Position numbers and translations under genes: made by a program. Source: Flavobacteriales bacterium (GTDB lineage: Bacteria; Bacteroidota; Bacteroidia; Flavobacteriales; JASBRU01). Taken from it: a stretch of 64,000 nt of DNA. A model generated the notes under the pieces. It worked only from the letters and a program-made list of their open reading frames with translations. It was not told the origin of the DNA and did no database searches. The DNA is taken from assembly GCA_030149285.1 (NCBI GenBank), contig JASBRU010000003.1:1-64000 (forward strand), read 5' to 3'. Positions within the stretch are counted from its first letter, which is position 1. Every line of letters starts with the position of its first letter. Shown here piece by piece: positions 56,921-64,000 of the stretch.

Positions 56921-58078
56921 ATGAGAAAGGTAACCTATATAGGTGAAGATACTAAGTTGATAGACTCTTTCATTTCAAATGAAAATATAGAGTTTAACAG
57001 TTATACCAATGGTATAGTCTTTTCTAATCATCAGGATGAAATAGATTCTCTTGATTTATTAATTGTAGAGAAAGATATACCTGGTATTAGTGGCTTTGAA
57101 ATTTATGAAGATTATAAAACCGTATTGTTTCAAAAGAAAGTGCCGCTAGTATTAGTAGCAGATAGGTTTACAAAAGAAGAAAAGTTGAAATTTATAAAGG
57201 CAGGTATACCTGATATATATAGAAAAGAAATTTCTGTTGACAAAATTGTAGGTAGGATTGACTATTTAAAAGGCTTACTCACCTTTATTGAAGCACCAAA
57301 AAAAGTAAAAGCAAAATCCCAAAAGTATAAAATCCCAATAGACAAAAGAATTTTTGATATAGTAGTAGCTTCTATTGTATTGTTACTGGCGTCACCAATA
57401 TTAATTATAACAGCATTAGCCATTAGAATAGAGTCTAAAGGTCCAGTCTATTATATATCTAAGAGGGTTGGCACAGGATATCAAATATTTAACTTTTATA
57501 AGTTAAGATCAATGTATGTTGATGCAGATCAACGATTAAAAGATTTACAGCACTTAAACCAATACTCTAAAGAGGAGGCTAAAGAGGGGGATAAAGAAAA
57601 AGTGGTTAGTACAGAAAAACTATCTAGCTCAAACCAAACTATGCTTATATATAAGGATGGCAAGCCTATTACTGAAGAAGAGTACTTTAGAATGAAAAGA
57701 GAAAATGCAGGGAGTGCATTTTTAAAGATAAAAGATGATCCTAGAATTACCAAAGTAGGTAAGTTTATACGTAATACAAGTATAGATGAGCTACCACAAA
57801 TTTTTAATGTATTAAAAGGAGATATGTCTATTGTAGGAAATAGACCCTTGCCACTTTATGAAGCAGAACAATTAACTTCTGATGATTGGGGTGAACGTTT
57901 CTTAGCGCCGGCAGGTATAACAGGGTTGTGGCAAGTTATGAAAAGAGGGAAAGGAGATATGTCTGAAGAAGAGCGTAAGCAGCTAGACAATATGTATGCA
58001 AAGAATTTTTCTTTATGGAATGATATAAAATTGATTTTAAAAACCATACCAGCCTTGTTTCAAAAGGAGAACGTTTAG
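56921..58078 (+). CDS. Initiating sugar-phosphate transferase (bacterial sugar transferase / WbaP-EpsB family) with N-terminal receiver-like domain
   Basis: C-terminal Bac_transf core ISKRVGTGYQIFNFYKLRSM...LPQIFNVLKGDMSIVGNRPLPLYEAEQL...GITGLWQV. One TM helix (IVVASIVLLLASPILIITALAI). The N-terminal ~130 aa have a CheY-like alpha/beta pattern (DLLIVEKDIPGISGFEI). Confidence 0.85.
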   Translation: MRKVTYIGEDTKLIDSFISNENIEFNSYTNGIVFSNHQDEIDSLDLLIVEKDIPGISGFEIYEDYKTVLFQKKVPLVLVADRFTKEEKLKFIKAGIPDIYRKEISVDKIVGRIDYLKGLLTFIEAPKKVKAKSQKYKIPIDKRIFDIVVASIVLLLASPILIITALAIRIESKGPVYYISKRVGTGYQIFNFYKLRSMYVDADQRLKDLQHLNQYSKEEAKEGDKEKVVSTEKLSSSNQTMLIYKDGKPITEEEYFRMKRENAGSAFLKIKDDPRITKVGKFIRNTSIDELPQIFNVLKGDMSIVGNRPLPLYEAEQLTSDDWGERFLAPAGITGLWQVMKRGKGDMSEEERKQLDNMYAKNFSLWNDIKLILKTIPALFQKENV

Positions 58079-58083
58079 ATTTT

Positions 58084-58869
58084 ATGAAAACAACTACTAC
58101 ATATAGTAAAACCTTATACATAATCACAGCATTATTATTTATGTCTGGAGGTTTGTATGCTCAGTCAAATAATTTATCTAATGATTTAGCCAGAATAGAT
58201 AGTATTACCGGGTATACTGAGCCAAGCCAAATTCATATTGATAGTTTGGCAGATATAGATTTGATAAAATTTTTACCTCCATTAAATGTTTTAATTGACT
58301 CAGCCTTAGTACACTCTCCGCAGATAGATTTCTTTTCGTCTGAAGTAACAAGACGAGAATACGAAGTAGGGATTGTTAAAAAAGATTGGGCAAGAAGTAT
58401 TATTGTTGGGTATAGCCAAACAGCAGGTACTTTTGGTAATACACTTTCAGATCAGTTAAATACAGGTTATCAATTTAGTATTAACGTAGCATTTCCATTA
58501 TCTACCTTTTATGGTAGAGGAGATAGAGTTGGAGCTGCTGAAGCAATATTAGAATCTGCAAAGAACAGTAAGGCAGATATGCAAATGCAGGTTCGAAATC
58601 AGGTTGTAGAGTTATATAATCAGTTAATGTTGAGTCATAGGCTGCTACAAATTCATAGTGATGCTAGACAAACAGCTATTATGTTGATGGAAATAGCTCA
58701 AAAACAATTTAGAGAAGGTGAGCTACCGGTATCTCAATTTTCAAATACTACAGATCTATTTTCTAGTGTACAAAATGAGTATGAAAAGGCTAGAACAGGC
58801 TTTGAAACATCTTACCTTAGGTTAGAAAGATTAGTGGGAGTACCATTTAACGAATTTCCAAAATTTTAA
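58084..58869 (+). CDS. Hypothetical outer-membrane/secreted protein of the polysaccharide locus (possibly OEP/TolC-like half-domain)
   Basis: Signal peptide ...LLFMSGGLYAQ. Helical heptad pattern in the C-terminal half (RLLQIHSDARQTAIMLMEIAQKQFREGEL) loosely like outer-membrane efflux protein repeats. No Poly_export (Wza) motif seen. Confidence 0.4.
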   Translation: MKTTTTYSKTLYIITALLFMSGGLYAQSNNLSNDLARIDSITGYTEPSQIHIDSLADIDLIKFLPPLNVLIDSALVHSPQIDFFSSEVTRREYEVGIVKKDWARSIIVGYSQTAGTFGNTLSDQLNTGYQFSINVAFPLSTFYGRGDRVGAAEAILESAKNSKADMQMQVRNQVVELYNQLMLSHRLLQIHSDARQTAIMLMEIAQKQFREGELPVSQFSNTTDLFSSVQNEYEKARTGFETSYLRLERLVGVPFNEFPKF

Positions 58870-58875
58870 TAATAA

Positions 58876-61089
58876 ATGACTTTAATACAGTTCGTTAGAC
58901 TTTTAAATGCTAATATCAAATTTTTGATATTTAGCTCCTTATTGCTTGCAATCAGCGTATACCTTTTTACTCGCAATATTCCTAAGGTTTATACATCAGA
59001 AACTAGGGTTTATACAGGTATTACTTCTGGGGTAAATGTAGCAAGTATGGATATGGCAGGTTTAAATTACTTTGCCACTAATAGTGCTTTTGATAACCTT
59101 TTACAAATGGTTAACTCTAGACAGACTATTGAAGAAGTTGGAGAAAGATTATTAGCTCAGCATTTATTTCTTACAGAACCAGACTCGTCTATTATTTCAG
59201 ATAAACATCTACAGGAGTTATATGATTTAATTCCGATAGAAGTACGTGAGCAAATGGTAAATAAAAGCTCATTAGAGGTTACTTATGAGCGAATAAAAAA
59301 ATATAAAAAAGATAATAGTTCTAATCAGCTCGTTATAGATCTTTTTTATAATGAACAATCGCCTTATAGTTACTTGGCTATATCTAAAATTAAAACTAGG
59401 CGTATGGAGTCTAGTGATATTATACAAGTTACCTATGAGTGGACTGACCCAGGTATTTGTATGAACACCTTAGGTTTTATTAATGAGGTGTTTATGCGAA
59501 ACTATACAGGCCTTAAAATTGCTCAAACAGGAGATGTAGTTGGTTATTTTAGAGAACAGGTAAGGTTAGCGGAAATCAGATTGTTAGAGGCAGAAAATAC
59601 ACTTAAGAAGTTTAGAACAGATAATAGAGTACTAAACTATTACGAGCAGACTAAATTTATTGCTGAACAAAAAGAGGAGTTGGAGAATGAGTATCAAAAA
59701 GAGCTTTCTATAAAAGCATCTGCTCAAGCAGCAGTAGAGAAACTTGAAGTTCAGCTATCTGTAAATAAAATGCTTTTAAAGTTTGCAGATGATATCTTGG
59801 ATAAGAGAGAAGAGCTAGCAAAGATTAACGCAAAATTAGCCTCACTAGAGGTGTATTATAATGACCCTGAATTGTTAGCTCAATTAAGAGCGAGGGTGAC
59901 TCAATTAAAGGCTGAACTGACTGCTAGTTTAGATAAAAAGTATGAATATGCTAAGACAACCGAAGGAATGCCAATTGAAACCTTATTAAAAGAGTGGTTG
60001 GCACATAGTTTGGAGTTAGATAGAAGTTTAGCGCGTATTGAGATATTTGAAAAGAGAAAAACATACTTTGATAAAGTATACAGTGAGTTTGCTCCACTTG
60101 GATCTACATTAAAAAAGATTGAAAGAGAAGTAGGGGTAGCAGAAAGAGCATATTTAGATATGCTTCACAACTTAGCATTAGCAGTATTGCGTCAGAAAAA
60201 TGTAAGTATGTCATCAGGTGGTTTAATTGTTTCTAATGCACCGTTTTTCCCAATAGAACCACTGCCTTCAAAAGCATTAATGTTGGTAATAGCTGCAGGT
60301 TTTGTAGGATTCTTTTTACCATTGGCCATTATACTTATACTGGAGTTTTTAGACTCAACAATAAAAACACCAGAACGTGCCGAAGACCTTACAGGACTTA
60401 GACTTGCTGGGGCCTACCCATTATTAGAAGAGAAAAATAAAAGGGTAGATTATGATTGGCTTACAAGGCAGTCTACGGGCATATTAATACAGAACATAAA
60501 GCTGGAGGCATTTCATAGAAATTTACCTAAAGATGAACCAATTGTTCTTTCTGTTTTGTCTACCCGAATGTCTGAAGGAAAGTCTTATTTGGTTAACCGA
60601 ATAGCAAATAGATTAGTTTCTATAAAAGAAAAAGTCTTGGTAGTTACTTATAATCAAGATGACTTTGAGACAATGGATTATGATATTGCTAGGTATGATA
60701 AAAATGAGAATGGAACTCTAATGACCGCTAAATCTATTGAGGAATTAGTGGGACCCGGCAAATACAAGCTTAAGGATTATACTTATGTTATTGTTGAAAT
60801 CCCTTCTTTATTAAATAATCAATACTCAATAGATATTATGCAAGAGTGTAATATTTCACTTATGGTTGCTAGAGCTAATAGAGCGTGGAATAAAGCAGAT
60901 GATTTAGCAATGAGTGAATTAATTGAAACGATAGGTTATAAACCAAGAATAGCTGTTAATGGAGTAAAAGCAGATAATATGGAGTCTGTTGTTGGTGAAA
61001 TTAAGAAGAGTAGAACACTACTTAGAGTATTCTTGAAGAAACTGGTAACCTTACAGTTTAGTTCTAAGAAAGGTTTTATGAGTTTATAA
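58876..61089 (+). CDS. Wzz/Wzc-like polysaccharide co-polymerase (GumC/ExoP family) with degenerate C-terminal P-loop domain
   Basis: N-terminal TM, long periplasmic coiled-coil region, second TM (LMLVIAAGFVGFFLPLAIILIL), cytoplasmic domain with Walker-A-like STRMSEGKS and Walker-B-like VIVEIPS (Glu instead of Asp). No C-terminal tyrosine cluster. Confidence 0.7.
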   Translation: MTLIQFVRLLNANIKFLIFSSLLLAISVYLFTRNIPKVYTSETRVYTGITSGVNVASMDMAGLNYFATNSAFDNLLQMVNSRQTIEEVGERLLAQHLFLTEPDSSIISDKHLQELYDLIPIEVREQMVNKSSLEVTYERIKKYKKDNSSNQLVIDLFYNEQSPYSYLAISKIKTRRMESSDIIQVTYEWTDPGICMNTLGFINEVFMRNYTGLKIAQTGDVVGYFREQVRLAEIRLLEAENTLKKFRTDNRVLNYYEQTKFIAEQKEELENEYQKELSIKASAQAAVEKLEVQLSVNKMLLKFADDILDKREELAKINAKLASLEVYYNDPELLAQLRARVTQLKAELTASLDKKYEYAKTTEGMPIETLLKEWLAHSLELDRSLARIEIFEKRKTYFDKVYSEFAPLGSTLKKIEREVGVAERAYLDMLHNLALAVLRQKNVSMSSGGLIVSNAPFFPIEPLPSKALMLVIAAGFVGFFLPLAIILILEFLDSTIKTPERAEDLTGLRLAGAYPLLEEKNKRVDYDWLTRQSTGILIQNIKLEAFHRNLPKDEPIVLSVLSTRMSEGKSYLVNRIANRLVSIKEKVLVVTYNQDDFETMDYDIARYDKNENGTLMTAKSIEELVGPGKYKLKDYTYVIVEIPSLLNNQYSIDIMQECNISLMVARANRAWNKADDLAMSELIETIGYKPRIAVNGVKADNMESVVGEIKKSRTLLRVFLKKLVTLQFSSKKGFMSL

Positions 61090-61113
61090 TAAAAGCAATA
61101 GTAATAGATATAA

Positions 61114-61143
61114 AAAGAGCGGATAATATTTCCGCTCTTTTTA
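61114..61143. terminator. Bidirectional terminator between convergent Wzc-like and Wzy-like genes
   Basis: AAGAGCGGA-TAATATT-TCCGCTCTT hairpin with A-run/T-run flanks. Confidence 0.55.
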
Positions 61144-61144
61144 C

Positions 61145-62638
61145 TTATACCACAGTATTCTTTTCTTTAATACGTTTTAACAAGTTCTTCTTTTTAATTC
61201 TTATTGTGCTTTCATCTACCTCCCATTTCTCGGCAGAAAAAATAAAGACAATAGAAAAATATGTAATCATTGATGTTGGTACTTGTGTAATAACACTATT
61301 ACCATAACTAGCTGCTAGTAATCCTGCATAGCCAGATACTAGAGCCATTACAATTTGCCTATTCCTATTATCAGGCATACGCATAGCTATTATACAACCT
61401 CTTATAAGTACGTATACCATAATAATTATGTATAAGTTACGACCTACAATTCCCGTTTCGGCTCGCATTCTTGTGTATAGTCCATCAGTTTCAAAATCTG
61501 CTAAAAAAGTACCTGGACTAAATCGTTGTCCCCAGAATCCTGCAGAGCCAATCCCACCGCCAAGAGGTTTATCTTTCAAGAATGTACTCAACATTTTTCT
61601 ATTCTCAAGTCTCACAATTAATGAGGCATTTTGAGGATCTAGAGCAGTTCTTAACCTACTTATTTGATAATTGCTATTGAGTAGTGTGGTATATTTAAGA
61701 AATGCAAATGCTCCAAAACCAATCATTGTACCTATGATGAGTACTTTGAAGTTTTTTGATATTAGCAAATAGAGAAGACCACCTGCTACCGGAACAAAGA
61801 AGGCGCCTCGTGTGCCTGATATAAGCATACCCCAGAAACATAGAATTGATAATACAATAAAAAATATCTTATTGCGCTTGGGTATTTTTCCTATGGCTAA
61901 TAAACCTGCAGCTAAGGATGCATGCCCCATTGCAGAACCATATGTACCTGCATCAAAGTAATAAGAGAAAATACGAAGCTGTCCAAATAATACATGAGTT
62001 TCATCTGCACCTGCATCTAGCCAAGCTTGCTCTGTTGCAGAAACTCCAAAAAAGGATTGTTTTAAGCCCCATAAAGCCCCTAAAAGAGATGCTCCAAACC
62101 ATATATATAACAATGCGTTAAAATCTTTCTTTTTATTAAACATTAAAAAGCCTAAGCTAATAGCTAATAACTTATATAATGCAATCCCTCTCATTGCAAA
62201 AAACCAAGCCTCTAAACTTTCTGCAAGAGGATTAACAATTTGCAGCATGATAAAGGACATCCATATTACAAATACAAGTACTATGTCATTTCTTAAAGGT
62301 GAAAAATCTACCGATTTCCAATTTTTAATTAATAAAGCACCAATGGTAAGTATAAGAAGGGCATCAATAGATAAGCCATATGGTGGCCCAGGGTAGTAGC
62401 GTGTGAAAAGAGAAGTAAGGAAACCCATTACTAAAATGGCCATAATACCTACTCTTGGGGATCTTAGTAGTACAATAAAAAAGGATACAATAACCGGAAT
62501 AATAATTAGCATTATAGCTGCCATTAGCCCAACTTTATATATCAAAAAGCCAGAAACAACAGCAAAAACACTTAATGCTATGTATTTTGCAACATTGGTT
62601 GATTGGTTTAGTATTCCGGAAAGTTTATTGTTACTCAT
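61145..62638 (-). CDS. O-antigen ligase / Wzy-like polysaccharide polymerase family membrane protein
   Basis: ~11-12 TM helices with a large periplasmic loop near the C-terminal third, the architecture of Wzy_C/O-antigen ligase proteins. Embedded in the polysaccharide locus. Confidence 0.6.
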   Translation of the reverse strand: MSNNKLSGILNQSTNVAKYIALSVFAVVSGFLIYKVGLMAAIMLIIIPVIVSFFIVLLRSPRVGIMAILVMGFLTSLFTRYYPGPPYGLSIDALLILTIGALLIKNWKSVDFSPLRNDIVLVFVIWMSFIMLQIVNPLAESLEAWFFAMRGIALYKLLAISLGFLMFNKKKDFNALLYIWFGASLLGALWGLKQSFFGVSATEQAWLDAGADETHVLFGQLRIFSYYFDAGTYGSAMGHASLAAGLLAIGKIPKRNKIFFIVLSILCFWGMLISGTRGAFFVPVAGGLLYLLISKNFKVLIIGTMIGFGAFAFLKYTTLLNSNYQISRLRTALDPQNASLIVRLENRKMLSTFLKDKPLGGGIGSAGFWGQRFSPGTFLADFETDGLYTRMRAETGIVGRNLYIIIMVYVLIRGCIIAMRMPDNRNRQIVMALVSGYAGLLAASYGNSVITQVPTSMITYFSIVFIFSAEKWEVDESTIRIKKKNLLKRIKEKNTVV

Positions 62639-63482
62639 CAGTATCTTTATCTGCGTCTTTTTCTTCAGCAGTTGCCGCAGCTGCTGCAGCCTCTCGTTCT
62701 TCTGGGCTTATGTATCCGGGTAGTCTAATAAATTTATTAAATGTATCGTAGTCTGTTTCATAATAAGTATTATCAAATAAGTAGTTATGCCCGAAAACCG
62801 ACCTGTTTTTTATCCTATGATCAACTAATATACCTTCAGCAATTTTAAATATCATATGCAAAGAATAGATATGAAACTGAACGATATTTTTTTCTTTATA
62901 TGGTGCAATGTGCAGGACAAGCTCTTTTTCAAAATCACTTTTAAGAAACACTTTTTGTGCTATTTCTTCTTCTACTTTCTTTTTACTTTTTATATTCTTT
63001 ACATTCCCTGCATCATAAAGTTTTATTCTTAGATCATTTATCTCTCCATCTTTAATTTTTTGAAACTTATTTAACTCAGAGCGTTTAAATACGTAATAAA
63101 AAGCACCAATTTTTTCTTTCCATCCTTTTAAAGTGGTTTCATATTTATATTTACCATAATTGTATGATTTATATAGTATTACAAGAGTATCTTTACCCAT
63201 ATACAACTCTTTCAACTCTAATCTTATAAAGTTATCTAAGCCAAGTTCATTACGTTTATCCTTTAATTTGTCTTCTCTGTAAGAGTAGCGGTACATAGGT
63301 GTTGAGTTTTCAGCCCACAACCATTTACCATCTTTAGAATAGGTCCAGCCTGTTGCCTCTTCCATATAACCAATACTCTGTTCACTAAAAATAGGGGTGG
63401 GTAAATTTTTTCTCTCTTGCGCGTATGTAAATAGTGTACATAAAAAGTACAAAGCCAACACTAAAGTTGCTTTTTTATTCAT
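62631..63482 (-). CDS. Hypothetical secreted/lipoprotein with acidic low-complexity C-terminus
   Basis: Signal peptide MNKKATLVLALYFLCTLFTYAQ. C-terminal tail EEREAAAAAATAEEKDADKDTDE. No recognisable domain. Confidence 0.5.
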   Translation of the reverse strand: MNKKATLVLALYFLCTLFTYAQERKNLPTPIFSEQSIGYMEEATGWTYSKDGKWLWAENSTPMYRYSYREDKLKDKRNELGLDNFIRLELKELYMGKDTLVILYKSYNYGKYKYETTLKGWKEKIGAFYYVFKRSELNKFQKIKDGEINDLRIKLYDAGNVKNIKSKKKVEEEIAQKVFLKSDFEKELVLHIAPYKEKNIVQFHIYSLHMIFKIAEGILVDHRIKNRSVFGHNYLFDNTYYETDYDTFNKFIRLPGYISPEEREAAAAAATAEEKDADKDTDE

Positions 63483-63659
63483 TTTTCTATGCTTTTATAT
63501 TCAATTAAAATGGTAAGTGAATAAAGTGAAAATATAAGAATCTTAGACAAATTTACTGAATTTTATTTTTGACTTTATCATCTATTTGAGGCGCATATAC
63601 GTAAGTGAGTAGTAAAATATTTACTTGTTTATTAAAAAAATCGTACATTTATTATATCT

Positions 63660-64000
63660 ATGTCTCTGATAATGAGGAAGTTGATTGTAAATAAAACAAC
63701 ATTGTTATTTGTATTTACCGTAATGCTAACTACTTACGGTACAACACTTTCTGCGCAAGTGTGTAATTGTGATCATACAATTGCGGCTAATGATGAGGAT
63801 ATTTTTGGTGTAGATTACAGTATTCTGCCCGGTGATACGATTTGTTTATTAGCTGGCACTAAAGATTTATTATATATAAATGGTTTTCATGGAGACTCAA
63901 TTAATCCGGTAGTATTTATTAATTACGGAGGACAGGTGGTTATTGGTAACAACTATCATCATTCATCTATAAACGTGGTTAACTCAAGCTACTTTGAAAT
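63660..64000 (+). CDS. Secreted protein, 3'-truncated at the window edge (possibly beta-helix-like)
   Basis: ATG at 63660, signal peptide MSLIMRKLIVNKTTLLFVFTVMLTTYGTTLSAQ, then CNCDHTIAANDEDIFG...NPVVFINYGGQVVIGNNYHHSSINVVNSSYFEI. The frame stays open to the end of the window. Confidence 0.45.
   Translation, partial: MSLIMRKLIVNKTTLLFVFTVMLTTYGTTLSAQVCNCDHTIAANDEDIFGVDYSILPGDTICLLAGTKDLLYINGFHGDSINPVVFINYGGQVVIGNNYHHSSINVVNSSYFE

Noticed and set aside
1-64000. Mobile elements, prophage, CRISPR-Cas, toxin-antitoxin or known anti-phage systems
   Set aside because: I looked for integrase/transposase/recombinase signatures (DDE, tyrosine recombinase R..HxxR..Y), terminal inverted repeats, repeat-spacer arrays and typical defence domains. 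I found none. The only mobility hint is the tRNA-fragment-like region at 9300-9400.

Overview
This 64 kb window looks like chromosomal DNA from a Flavobacteriia-like member of the Bacteroidota. The basis is AT-richness, three proteins with type IX secretion (T9SS/Por) C-terminal sorting domains, a 7TMR-DISM sensor kinase and a TAnnTTTG-type promoter motif. I see about 55 protein genes, a bacterial type-A RNase P RNA and one canonical tRNA-Pro. Four blocks stand out. (1) 1-5517: the 3' ~5.5 kb of a giant T9SS cell-surface protein (FN3-like/MAM/PPC-like/PKD domains) with high-identity intragenic tandem duplications. (2) 5.5-11.4 kb: Smr gene, rnpB, trxB, tRNA-Pro, then an AT-rich gap holding a low-GC hydrolase gene and an unusual cluster of tRNA-like modules in non-canonical (permuted-looking) order. 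(3) 11.7-18.5 kb: an apparent operon that couples an E1-like (ThiF) adenylyltransferase fused to a SagB/nitroreductase-type domain, plus a translationally coupled unknown partner, to a 7TMR-DISM histidine kinase, a hybrid kinase/regulator and a receiver. (4) 47.7-64 kb: a surface-polysaccharide locus (Wzx, Wzy-like, Wzc-like, GT4, hexapeptide acetyltransferase, initiating sugar transferase) with an embedded sigma-54 activator / orphan Hpt / receiver phosphorelay and T9SS cargo proteins. The rest is housekeeping: gcvT, a GAPDH with an N-terminal extension, htrA, dapF, apt, split transketolase with a vWA gene wedged between the halves, ychF, parE/parC, and an ECF sigma / anti-sigma / Spy-like module. 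A heme-c domain fused to a PHM/DBH-like copper monooxygenase core is also notable. No CRISPR array, transposase, integrase or obvious prophage was recognised. The two strongest candidates for something undescribed are the tRNA-like modules at 9300-9470 and the E1-nitroreductase cassette at 11752-14745. All calls rest on manual motif recognition; no database searches were run. Coordinates follow the ORF track, which includes stop codons.
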